This document shows positions 11,790 to 23,899 of a stretch of 35,304 nucleotides of DNA, piece by piece. A program made the position numbers and the translations under genes. Position 1 is the first letter of the stretch. Every line of letters starts with the position of its first letter. Source of the stretch: Octopus bimaculoides (lineage: Eukaryota); the NCBI RefSeq assembly GCF_001194135.2, contig NC_068994.1, positions 21,620,032 through 21,655,335 on the forward strand, in the 5' to 3' direction. The notes under the pieces are model-generated. The model made no database searches and was not told the DNA's origin. It saw nothing but the letters and a program-made list of their open reading frames with translations.

Positions 11790-14700
11790 GAACAACCCCG
11801 CAATCCCCACTCACTTGTCAGAAGACCATTTCCTTATGGTTGCTACAATCAATGCTGGCACAATGAAGGCTGATCTGGTGGGATTGTTGAAATGCTAGAG
11901 CATAGGCATGTAGATATGTGCTGTGTGAAAGAGGTAAGGTTGAGAGAAACTTCTACTGGGCTCCACATGGCAAAGAATGGGGGTATGCACTTCTGGATAG
12001 ATAATAGTGAAGGCATGGGTGATGGAAACATACTCTCAACAGAGGAATGGATAAAGTGATTGAGGTAGTCAGAGTGTGTGATAGGATTGTTAAGTAACAT
12101 TTATTTCACCATATGTTCCACAAGGTGGACTGGCAGATGAACAAAAGGACCATTTCTATGAGTTCCTTCTGCAGATGACTTGCTGATCTGCAACGCTAAC
12201 TTCAGGAAACCTACTAGCTACTTGATCACCTATGAATGTGACAGGCACACAAGCCAGATTGATTAGATTCTCACCAAGGAACTGGATAAGCAGAAGCCTG
12301 TGAATGTAAAATACATTCCTGGTGAAGAATGTATAACCCAACATAGGTTAGCATGGTAGTGACATCAGACTTAGAGCAAGAAGTAATCTGAGACACAAAG
12401 CAATCTAGAAAAGGAGGATATAGAAGCTTAAGGATCCTTTAAACAATTAGAGATTTAGAGATACTCTAATTGAAGCATTTGATGAGGAGATAGAAACATA
12501 TAACAGAGAATAACTGGAAGGTCCTATGGTTGTCACTTACTGACAGCTACATGCCAAATCTATTAGCCAGACTAAGGGTGATGTGGTGGTGGATTAGGGA
12601 AAAAGACAGAGCCATAAAAGCAAAGAAGCAGGTTTGGAAAGTTTGAAAGAATGAGGGTAGCACGGAAATACACCAAGTAGCTAGAAGAGAAGCTAAGAGA
12701 CAGATTTATTTAACAAAAAGGAGAAGCAGAAAGGAAGAGGTCTGCCAATGTTCTTTGGTATGAGGATCAGAGGTATGAGGTGTTCTGGATTGCAAGACAG
12801 TGTATCAGAGAAAATCAAGATCTTGTGGGAGAGAAGTGTGTATGGAAGGATAATGGAACATTTGCAATTATTGATTCTGAAAAGACATATGGAAGTGCTA
12901 TCATGAAAGGCTACTAAATGTGAAGAATGAATGGGAAACAGAGAGTCTTCCTAATGTCAACATAACAGAGGGCCCCTCTATTTTTTTTTTACAGCAGTGT
13001 GATAAACAAAGTAATTCACGATATGGTAAAAGGAAAAGCCTTTGGCCTATCAAAAATTATCCCTGAGATGCTTAAAAATCTGGCAGAGTGGGACATGACC
13101 TTGTCACCTGTATAATTAGGTTGTACATGAAGGTGTCATACCCAATGACTGGTATAACAGCAGGATAGTCAACGGTTACAAAAATAAAGAGGTGCATTAG
13201 AGAGAAGTAATAACAGATGTATCAAATTACTGGACCAGATTATGAAAGTCACTGAAAGAGTCATAACTCAATTAACTAGGAAGAAAGTTAACCTAGATAA
13301 GATGAGGTTTGGTTTTGTGTCAGGGAGTGGCACCGCTAAAGCTCTCTTACAAAGGAAGCTAGGAATAGAAGAAAGGCTAATGAGAGACCTTCAAGTCATG
13401 TAAAGGAATGTTATCATTAAGGTTAGCAACAAATGCAATGAATTTAGTGAGCAGTTAGAAGTTCAGAGTTTGGTTAACAGTCCCCTCTTATTTATCAGAG
13501 TCTACCAGGCCATAACATAGGAATTTGAAACTGGTTGCCTAAAGGAACTCCACTATGCTGATGACCTAAGTTCTGGTTAGGAGGAAAATAGACGGAATGC
13601 CAACCCCTTCAGGTAAATGATCTTGTTCAATATGTAGAAGAGGTGTAGGTGGAAATTCCATATGATGTACTCAGTGCATACACTGAACATATAAAAGGTG
13701 CAGTGAAATCACAGGAATGTTAACAGAGTAGATATTGTTTGTGGCAGATGTGTACACAGAATAAACACTAAAAGTGCACAGGAAATGGATTTTTTTGGAA
13801 TGCCTAAGAAGATCCTTAGAGTTAGTAGATAGTTTTTGTTCCATAGGAGACCTAATTAGCAGTGGAGGGGGATGTACTGAAAGTATAGATGCTACAATGG
13901 CTAGAGAAAGTTCAGAGAACTATTACCCTTGTTGGTAACAAAAAGCCTCTCTCTCAGAGCAAAAAGAACATTGTGTGATGCTTGTGTATGAACAGCAATG
14001 CCATATGGTTGTAAAACTTGGGCCGTGAATGCAGAAGACATGTGAAGATTATAAATGAATGAAACTAACATGCTTTGGTGGATGTGAAATCTCAGTGTGT
14101 ACATATGACAAAGTGCAAATGTACTGAGAGAAAACCTGGGCATAAGAGGCATCAGATGCATTTTGCAAGAGAGATAACTGCACTGGTATGGTCATGTGGT
14201 GCATATGGATGAAGACAGCTGTAGCAAGAAGTGGTGATTGCTAAATGCAGATGGTACACATGGAAGAAGGGAATCTAGAAAATGAGATGAAGTAGTGAAA
14301 TCTGACCTCAAGTTGTTGAAGAGGAGATGACAAAGGACTGAGATGATTGAAGAAAACCTGTCTGTCTCAGCAAAAATAAGATTCTAAAAGCACATCATCA
14401 ATATTTATGCTTCCTCCCCACCCATCTACACGCGCCAAACCTTTCCTTGAACTCATCTTTGTAATACCCATCCAACCCTCACCCTCTTCTACAGTACTAC
14501 TGCTCAATTGTAACGAGCAGAACAACATATATTCCTTTCTATTTTTGTACCAGCAGTAATTTTTTTTCTTAGAACCACTTGCCACACTCCCAACATCATC
14601 CCATACCACTATATATCCAGTGAACATCCATTTCCCCTGAACACTCTCTCATCTTTATCACTGATACCTCTTTTGCATATTTATATAACTCATATTCATC

Positions 14701-15217
14701 TGATGTGTGCCTTACCTCTGCCTCTCATTGTGCATCTTGTCTCCCTCATACTTCATCTCATCACCCTACCTATCCAGTCAGCCAAGCTCAATTCTCTGCC
14801 CACCCACTCCTATTCTCTCTTTATTCCACTTCTTGTACTTTCAAGGCATGCTTTCATACCTCACCTCCACCATCCTTTCTCCATTTTCAGTTGGGGGGGG
14901 GGGTACCCTTGTATCTCTTCTACAGCACCTATTTCTGTCTTGTTCTCCTACTTTAGCTTCTCTACACCTGGTACAATGCTATCTTCCTTAGTATTGCACT
15001 CCCTGTCTGTGAAAAGGTTTTGCCTTACATATTACTTCATGACACCACAGTGCTGGTGCCATGAAAAAAAAAAGTATCCAGTACACTTTGTAAAGTGGTT
15101 GGGGTTAGGATGGGTATCCAGCCACAGAAACATTACCAAAGCAGGCTAGTCGGATCTTGTCAAACCATCCAACACATAGCAGCATCGAACATGGACATTA
15201 AATGATGAGGATGATGA
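11790..15217 (+). mobile_element. Near-full-length but heavily decayed RTE-clade LINE (endonuclease, RT, PHD-like finger, CT-rich 3' UTR, tail)
   Basis: Endonuclease start TINAGTMK near 11843, YADDL at about 13554, Cys finger at 13620-13750. The region 13860-14370 is colinear with copy 2440-3010. Tail GGACATTAAATGATGAGGATGATG ends at about 15217. Many stops and frameshifts. Confidence 0.85.
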
Positions 15218-15253
15218 TATATATACATACATCTCTCTCTCTGTATATATATA

Positions 15254-15308
<55 letters not shown>

Positions 15309-15340
15309 GCATACACACACACGCACACAAATGTACATAT
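15217..15340. repeat. Compound (TA)n/(TG)n/(CA)n microsatellite
   Basis: Direct sequence observation. Confidence 0.95.
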
Positions 15341-15534
15341 AATACAGTTTGTGACACAGCTCCTGTTTCTCAAAACTTACAGTTTTAAATTATACAAATG
15401 GGAAACCAGTTAACTGTATAAATTTTAATTTAAATAAATCTTCATATATACTCTCACATTTTGAACTCTCTTTTTCTATACTACTGCTTGTGTGGATTAA
15501 AAACGATACAAACACACACATATAGAGATATTTC

Positions 15535-17950
15535 TCTTTTTATTTTTTTATTAGTGTCAGCTCAAGAGTTGTGGCCATGATGGGGCACTGTCAACTGGTG
15601 TTGCCACACTTTTATTAACCCTCCTTTAATAGTTGGCACTGGGTGAATGAAGGAGTTTAAGGCCGCTGCCCTCATTCCCACTTCCTGTTATGAAGTTTGC
15701 TCATCCAAGACTCTTGACAGGAGATCCACTTTTGACAACATCTACATCTACACCATGTAGGTCTCTCAGCTTCTTTGGGAGAATACTGAAGAGGCTGGGA
15801 CCTTGAATCCCAAGCTATGGCAGTATCTGGTCCTATATTTTGATGGTAGTGGAAAGATTTTAGGCACTGTGGAATGGTGCACTGTTCTGACATTTGTATA
15901 ACTTCCAATGCCAAAGTTTGGGACAAGTCCTTCCAGGATCTTCTATATGTATATTACAGCATATTTTTCCCACCTTCATTCCAGGGAGTAACGTCTTGAC
16001 CTCTTAAGTCTTTCTCAGTAACTAATTTGCTGCATCGAGACTATCTTCTTCATGTAGCTCTGCTGAACTGCTTCAGATTTTGCTATTAATTTCACACTCT
16101 ATCATGACCATATTTGGGAGCAATAGTCAAAATGGTTTTGGACAAAAGCTTTCCAGAGGACCATCATGGTTTCCTGCTCTCTTATTCTGAAAGTATTAAG
16201 AATTCAGCTGGTCAGCCACCTGCATTCCATTGCCAACATTGTAATATGCACATGGAAGGATACATCACTACTCATGTCAATGCCCAGGTCAATTACTAAT
16301 TGTGATTCTGGAACTGTGATACCTCCAGGTTGAGTGTATTTTGTCTGTGGATAGCATAAGGCTTGGAACTTTCCAACATTAAACTGCATGTTATTGTCAT
16401 CAGCCTACTTGTATATTGCACCTAACTCTTGCTGTAAGTATATGCCATCTTCAGGGTTTTGTATTACCTGTGAGACTTTTATGTCATCTGCATAGCTTGT
16501 GAGGGTGGTTCTGTGTGTGGATGAGGGTATATCTGAGTGGGCCACTATGAACATTAGTGACCCTAAGACAGTGCCCCGTGGGACACCACTCATTGTTTGT
16601 GTTTCCCTGGAGGTGGTTTCATTGGCTATCACTGCCTGACTTCTATCTTTTAAAAAGTTATGTAGCCACTCTCCAAGTTTTCCAACTATACCAAGTAGTT
16701 TGTGACATATCATTCCATGATCAACATGAAGGCCTTTGCAAAGTTGAGATATACTTGATCTCTGCTTCACATTTGAGTGGTCAAGTAGCTGTTTCAGCAC
16801 CCAGTCATAACGCTGTAAGAGCTGTGTCAGGCAGCTTCTTCCTGGTCAGAAACCATGCTGGGTGTCAGTCAGTAAGTCATTATCTTCAAGGAACATGATT
16901 AGTTTCCTATGGACTACCCGTTCCATGACTTTGCTGATATGAGAGGTTAGAGAGATAGGCCTATAATTTTTAGCATCCACTCTGCTAGCCACTTTATGAA
17001 AAGTGCATATTATTCCTTCCTTCAGCTTGCCTGGAAGCTTGCTACTTGCAAAGAAACTCTGGAAGAGTGACTGTAATGGTTTCACTAGGGCTCATTTACA
17101 CTATTTTAGAAGGATTACCAGGTAAACTATCAGTATCAGTAGAGTTCAGGTTTATCTCACCTATGGCCAGTATCACATCCCTTTTTATGTCTACAGTAGT
17201 AAAGAACTCTACAGGTTTGCTGACTTGCATGTGCTGTAAGGGTATGATGAAAACACTTCTGAATTGTTCATTCAGCGTTTCACTCATCTTCACTGGGTTT
17301 CCCATGAGGGAGACATCTTTTTGGAGAAGTGGCCCTACCCTGCAATGCACGGAGGCTGTTCCTTTGGCAAATGTAAAGAGGGCTTTGATTTTATATTTTC
17401 TATAACTCAGGATTATTTATCTGCTCTCTCTTTCTCATGGGAGTTTTTCAGATTTTCCTCAATCTCCAGCAGTGTTGTTTATAGGCAGGATTTTTCACTG
17501 CTATTGAATCCAGATCATCAACAATGATCCCAGTAAGTTGATGCATGCCATTGCAAAGAAGCAAGGTGTGGATGAAAAGGATTGTGGTACGTGAGGACAT
17601 TTGTTACTTTTCTTGCAAGATGAGGGAGAGACAGTTTCTTTCTAAGGCAATGCAGGAAAAGTGACTCAAGCACACCAAGAAGCTGATCAACAAGTTGAAA
17701 CACTTGCTGGAGCCAGTGATGCTGTGGTTTTTCTCTGACGAGAAGCATTTCTGACAAGATCAGAAGATCAACTTCCAGAACAAAAGGTAGCTTGTTGTCT
17801 CACCCAACGACATGACCAGAGTAATGCGAATGAAATTTCCAGTGACAGTGTTGTCAGCAGTGAAGGTGATGCCATGCTTCCCTGCTTCTTCCCTGAGAGC
17901 CTCAGGTTGAACACTGATGGCTATACCAAGGTTCAGAACAAGGTAGTGAA
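15535..17950 (-). mobile_element. 5'-truncated, decayed CR1/L2-group LINE
   Basis: RT motifs KNYRPISLTSHISKVMERVV, LLTDTQHGF, SGVPRGTVLGSLMF, YADD and QFNVGKFQAL lie across frameshifted minus-strand ORFs. Endonuclease remnants are at 17760-17950. Confidence 0.85.
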
Positions 17951-18364
17951 GTGCATGGAGGCTGTACATGTGGCAATAAAACTCTGCACCCTACCACACT
18001 AGCCAGAAGACTCAGGCCTGGTTGTCAGAGAATTTCTTTGGTCACAGAGTACCTGACATTTGGCCTCCTAACTCGTCTGACTGCAACTTCTTTGACTTCT
18101 TTGTGTGAGGTGCAGTGGAATGAAAGACCAACAAATCCAGCTGTAACACAAAGGACAAGCTGAGACCAGGATTACCAGGGCCTTCAAAGGCCTAAAGTGG
18201 GATATAATGATAAAGGCCTGTGGCCCATTCATTGAGTGAGATTGACAGAACATGTCATAAAGACAAACTGACCCAAATTTGAAGAATATATCTCAAAAAA
18301 TAAAAACACTTTTTTATTTTTTCCTGCGACAGTCATCATGTGAACAAATATCGTTTGCACCCTG
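17950..18364 (+). mobile_element. Right-end fragment of a Tc1/mariner DD37D (maT)-like element
   Basis: Decayed NSAPYHTSQKTQAWLSENF...WPPNSSDCNFFDF. It ends in the TIR-like TTTGCACCCTG. Confidence 0.7.
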
Positions 18365-18404
18365 CATGTATGTGTGTGTATATAAACACACACACACACA
18401 CATA

Positions 18405-19364
18405 CAGGGTGCAATGGTTAGATTGTCTCCATTTTATATTTTTAATTTTGTGCATGTGCTTTGTTTGTTTTTGATTTTGTCAATTACACAGTATAGTAGG
18501 GTCAGTTGGGCTGCGAGAAAAAGAACACCATGATGCAATTCACTCTACCAGAAATTTGGAAACAACATGCTGTACTGCTTGGCATTTGCACCAGAAGCTC
18601 CAATACAGAGTGTTTGGGTGTCAATCTGAAGACAGTGCAGAGGATTCGGAAAGAGTTGGACGAGTCTAATGATGATTATGAAGGTATGGCAGCTTGGAAA
18701 ACTCACTCTGCTTGTTCTGATAAGAAAAGAACTCCTGAATTTGTTGGTGAGATCCAGGCCATGCTTGACAACGGTCCCTTCAAGTCAATCAGGTCCATTG
18801 CCACAGACATGGGAGTGTCTGAGTTTCTCATCAGGTAGGTAAGGCATGAAGACATTTGGTATTCCTCATACAAGATGAGAAAGGACCAATTTTTATCCCA
18901 AGCCATCAAGGACAAGAGGAAAGATCATGCTATGAATCTCTTGAACAAACTCAAGCATCCCCTCCAACCGAACATGCTTTAGCTTTTCTCAGACGAGAAA
19001 AATTTCTGCCAGGATCAGATGGTGAACACACAGAATAACCGTTGGCGTGCTGTGTCCCCAAAATATGTACAGAGAATGATAAAAATCAAACATTCAGTCA
19101 ACATCATGGTGTCTGGAGTGATCACTAGTGATGGCAACATTATGTCTCCAGTCATCTTCCTATACGGCTTCAGACTCAACATGGAGGCCTACATCAAGTG
19201 ACTGGAGGAGGTAGTGCTGCCCTGGGTCAAGAGGGTGGCTTTTGGAAGACCCTATGTCTGGCAACAGAACTCTGCACCATGCCACACAAGCANNNNNNNN
19301 NNTATATATATGTATATATATATATGTATATATATGTAGATGATAGTTTACTCATTGCACCCTG
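18405..19364 (+). mobile_element. DD37D (maT) transposon copy A, decayed, interrupted by a 10-N gap
   Basis: TA then left TIR CAGGGTGCAATG. Transposase reading includes KSIRSIATDMGVSEFLIR, FSDEKNF, NTQNNRW and VWQQNSAPCHTS. Right TIR CATTGCACCCTG then TA. Confidence 0.85.
19293..19302. other. Assembly gap (10 N)
   Basis: Run of n characters, adjacent to a TA microsatellite. Confidence 1.
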
Positions 19365-19370
19365 TATATA

Positions 19371-20208
19371 CAGGGTGTGATGGGTAAATTGTTGCCATTT
19401 GATATTTTTAATTTTATCAATTATACAGTATAGTAGGGTTAGTTGGGCACCATCTGAGGAAAATAGCACCATGACGCAACTCACTCTGCCAGAAATTTGG
19501 AAATGACATGCTGTACTGCTAGGCATTCATACCAGAAGCTCCAATATGAACATATCAGAATGTTTGTGTGTCAATCTGAGGACATATAACGAGAGTGATA
19601 AAAAGCAAACATCCAGTCAACATCATGGTGTTTGGAGTGATCACTAGCGATGGTGACGTTATGCCTCCATTCATTTTCCCACATGACCTCAGGCTCAACA
19701 TGGAGGCCTACATCAAGTGCCTGGAGGAGGTAGTGCTGCCCTGGGTGAAGAGGGTGGCTACTGGAAGAACCTATGTCTGGCAACAGGACTCTGCACCATG
19801 CCACACAAGCAGGAAAACCCAGTCATGGCTGTCAGACAATTTCTGAAATCACACCACTGCTAATATCAGGCCATCTAACTCCCCAGACTGCAACTCACTT
19901 GATTATTATGTGTGGGTGCAGTTGGGCGAGAGACCAACAAAAATCCTTGTAACACCAAACATGAACTGAAGGCAAGGATTATGGCAACATTCACTAATTT
20001 AAAGAAGGAGACCGTCCAGAAGAGTTGCAGGAGATTCTAAAGTCGTCTGGAGGCCATGGTTGAAGCCAGTGGCGATTTTTTTGAATAAATTTACTGTTGA
20101 GTATTTCAATATATTTTTATGTAATTTTAGTAAATATATCTGTTAAAATGGGAGGTCAGTGTTATTTTTATTTTTGCGTAATTTAGACAATTTATTCACT
20201 GCACCCTG
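19371..20208 (+). mobile_element. DD37D (maT) transposon copy B, internally deleted
   Basis: TIRs CAGGGTGTGATG and CACTGCACCCTG, both flanked by TA. Exactly 37 codons lie between D of WQQD (19787) and D of LDYY (19901). The HTH-to-FSDE portion is missing. Confidence 0.88.
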
Positions 20209-20604
20209 TATATATATGTACGTACATACACATACAAGGTGCAGATGGTATTCATTCGCAATTTTCAACTGCTAATTTTACACACTTTTTTTTTACTTTT
20301 GTCGTTGGTCCTTTTCTTCTTAAAAACAATAGCTATTTTTGCTTTATTTTTTTGCAGAATAATTGACCATGAATAATTTTGAACCCCATCAATTTGTGGA
20401 AGAGTCAAGGGGTGAGGGGATAAGTGGACCTGGAATTGGAGAGGAGTGGGTGGGCAAGTTCATGCGATTATAAAAGGAGACTGATAGACAGAAGGAGAGT
20501 ATTATGTCTGCTTTACAAGCTTGCATGAATTGGAGGAGTCATCACAGTCAAGTTATTTTTAGTGGGAGTTATGGCTCTTATAGATTGATGTATATGTCAT
20601 TTGA

Positions 20605-20730
20605 TTTGGTTTGTCTGGCTGGAAGCCCTCCCTGTCACTAACCATTTTACAGTGTGTAGCAGGTGCATTTTCTAGTAACACCAGCACCAGACAGGTTGAT
20701 AAGTTCTTGGTAAGACCTCAAAACACCATG
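20605..20730 (-). mobile_element. Fragment of the RTE 3' UTR/tail-type repeat
   Basis: The reverse complement has TGCTGGTGTTACTAGAAAATGCACCTGCTACACACTGTAAAATGGTTAGTGACAGGGAGGGCTTCCAGCC, similar to 3680-3720 and 15047-15125. Confidence 0.6.
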
Positions 20731-21006
20731 CTTTCTCGGCTCATTTACTGTTCACTTTGGAACTAGCACTAAGTAGGTTGCCAAGTCTTCAGTGAGAAGA
20801 ACTAAGGGACCTCTTAACCCTACTTCACATCTGATTGCTCACCAATCACTCTGAGTTGTTATTGATACATGTGCACATCTTTTACGACAAACTATCTATA
20901 TAAAACAGCATAAGATGAGGCAACTACTAGCAAATTTTCAAGAGGCGATATACACTTGTTCAGAGCCATTTGGCTTTAGTTGATGGTGAAAGCAAATATA
21001 ACTTAC

Positions 21007-21085
21007 CTTTCAGCTGGATCTTGTTTTACATACTTTGAACTGTCAGTTGTAGCTACTGAGACAGGTACCGCTTCTCTCTGAGTTG
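21007..21085 (-). CDS. KIAA0232: KIAA0232-like coding exon, 79 nt ((S)TQREAVPVSVATTDSSKYVKQDPAE(R))
   Basis: Acceptor ccatctccgttgtAG|CA and donor GAAAG|GTAAGT; phase 1 in, phase 2 out. It bridges the flanking exons exactly and yields PAERYYAAFPAL, compare KIAA0232 QVEMYYEAFPPL. Confidence 0.8.
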
Positions 21086-21884
21086 CTACAACGGAGATGG
21101 TATGAATAATTAATAAAAATCAGAGTGTGTGTGTGTGTACATGCATTTCTCTTTACTTTTACATACAAGTATGTGAATACTAAGTAAAAGTTTTAAAAAA
21201 TTCAACTTATTCAATCTATAAAGTAGTCTACACTAATATCTATTTAGGGTAACTGAAATGAGTTTATAATAGAGAGCTAGAGTAATCAACTTACAGCAAA
21301 CCTCCTTTATTAGAGATCTTCAATCTCTGGAACATCGAACTGTGTCCTTTTTCTTACAATGCTATTAATAGACTAACAAACTCTGCTCTTCACAATGTTG
21401 TATGTATCCACTAAATCCAGTTTGCTGTTTTTCTTCATTAAAACCTATAAAAAGTCTGACAGGCCTCTCAAAGACCACTGACCCACAGAACTCAACTCCC
21501 AGATTTTTAAAATATAAAAAGATTTCAACCTTTTAAGTATCATGTTAATCATAGAAATCCTGGTTACATCACTTATGATTAAAAAAGACCCACATATTAG
21601 AGAAAATGCTACTTGTACTTCAGATACAAAATTAAAATAAGACAATCACAAAACATTGACACACATACACAGAAAAAGCATTACAATAGATAAGTATTTT
21701 GCTTTTCTATTCATGGAGATCAAATTAAGTTCCTGGTAAGTTGAATCTTGGTCTTCATTCTTGAATAAAGCTATTTCACTTAGATTAATAATGCTCTTGG
21801 CAAATATTTCCAATGTTCATTCCTCTAAGGTTTTATCAAAGAGTTCCTTACATATTTGTATCTCAGGCTATAAGGGATACTTAC

Positions 21885-21957
21885 ATTCTTTCTTCTCCAA
21901 TTCTTTCAATTTGAGCATTAATTCTTCTATTAATTTCTCAATTCCTCCTGCTTGCAC
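21885..21957 (-). CDS. KIAA0232: KIAA0232-like coding exon, 73 nt (VQAGGIEKLIEELMLKLKELEKKE)
   Basis: Acceptor tttcaattcacAG|GTG and donor GAAT|GTAAGT; phase 0 in, phase 1 out. The peptide resembles KIAA0232 SSGIETLVEELCSRLKDLQSK as recalled. It is not called in the ORF track. Confidence 0.85.
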
Positions 21958-22889
21958 CTGTGAATTGAAACAAATTTTTAAGAAGAAAAAAAAGTACTTA
22001 AATCTAATATTGCTTAAAGACTGTTTTGAACTACAGATCTAGTTCTGAAATGACATGAGATTTTGTTTGGTCAACACAGGTATTAAATACCTGTATATAA
22101 ACAAGCCAACAAGAGAGTTTCTGCATGATCATTTGACCTGCTGGAATTAACAGTTAAATCTCCCTCTAATCACACCCATCTTAAAAAAAGAAGGATACAT
22201 TGGAAAGTCTCAGAAAAAGATGGGATGGCATGATTGTGGATAACATAATTTAGCAACCACCACTGGTACAGATACTAAACGGTGACCTCCAAAATTCTGA
22301 CAATATTGACTATAAATTGAGATACAGAGGGAATGTACTGATTAGAAACAGTTAGACAAAGGTTAAAATAAGCTAGTGGATGAATGATTCTATGTTGGTG
22401 GCTCAGGTATATAAAACTACTTGAATTCATCTTTGCTAACTATGGAGATGATTGTTGTTTACAATGCTGACAACTGCAAGTTATAACCACCTGTCATACT
22501 TACAGTTAGGTGGACAGGAGAGTTAAGTGTCTTGGTAATAAAAACAGTACTACATTTGTAACAGCTTGTGAACCAGTGACTCTCTGGTTGGCAACCCTAA
22601 TGACTCAATCAGCTGTGACTGTATTAAATCATTTAGCATCTATTTGCCTTTAGGTATTCTGTATATATTCTCAAGCTAGATGTCTGTATTACAATGGATA
22701 AGAGCTTTTTTTTTTATAGTTTCAGCTCAGAGCTGCGGCCATGCTGATGCACCACCGTTCAAAAAAATATTTATAAATTTAATTCCAGTATGAGTATTTA
22801 TTCACAGACATAGTACCAAATTCAAATTTATTATATTTTTAATAAATCAGAAAATAGTGGCAGTGATGTATACATTTACATCTGGGTCA

Positions 22890-23735
22890 GTCATTAATTA
22901 TGTTCAATACTATCACTTACCCTCTCTCCTGTTCACTATACCACACTGCTCGTGTTACAAGAAATGGCACTGAATCTGTCTATGTTCAATTCTCTACCAC
23001 TGCTATTCTTATCATTCTACTTTTTCCCTTCCCATCATGAGTAATGAGAAATAGCATCAAATCTGTTTGTATCTGATACACACCACCTCCTAATGTCATC
23101 CTTCTGTACCACTTCTTTCCTTCAGGTCACTCATTATGTGACAACCTTCACTTTCTCTCTTACCATAGCCTAACTCTATGATTATCCATCCATCTCTCTC
23201 TCTCTTCCCATCAAACATGTAACTGTGATTACTGATTGCATCCTTACTTCTTCCAGTATTGTCTCTTCCATTACTCCCTCTTCTCCAACCAGTTTCTCCC
23301 ATCATACTCTTATTTCTTTCACCTTTGCACCCTAGTGCATATTCTATCATTACCCTTTCTCCACCACTCTCATAGTCACATTGAATGGAGGCAACATAGA
23401 GTAATGAAGACTGGTTCCATGGAGTAGAAGGCAATCTCAAAATGCTGGTGCTACAATAAAATACACCAATGTAGTGTATAGGTGGTTGGTAAAAGAACAG
23501 ACAAGGTTGTGTCAAGAGGACATTTTTGTCTCATTGAGGGCATTACAACCACCCTAATGGGTGTATCCAGTACAATCTGTAAAGTGGTAGGTATAAGAAA
23601 GGGCATCTGGCCATAGAAAATATATCAAAAACAGAACAGCCAAGCGAGACATAGTCAAGGGTCATAACTCTGAATAAGAAGTGACTTAGATCATGACAAC
23701 TTATCCAACTTATGCCAGCCTGTAAGTAAATGTAA
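22890..23735 (+). mobile_element. RTE LINE 3' UTR remnant
   Basis: CT-rich tract followed by TGCTGGTGCTACAATAAAA...GTAAAGTGGTAGGTATAAGAAAGGGCATCTGGCC...TATCCAACTTATGCCAGC, matching the tails of the other RTE copies. Confidence 0.6.
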
Positions 23736-23899
23736 AATAATGGTAAGTTAAAGCTATATATATCTTCAATTGGAAACACATCAGATAAGGACATTTACGG
23801 ATAGGGACATTTACAGACACCACAAAAATAATGACAAATATGCACATATGTAGACACACAGAGACAGAGGCTTTAAATCAGATTCAGAATAATACTTAC

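Noticed and set aside
18856-19846. maT transposase ORFs as an active or domesticated gene
   Set aside because: In-frame stops are present in both copies, the second catalytic D is N in copy A, and copy B has an internal deletion.
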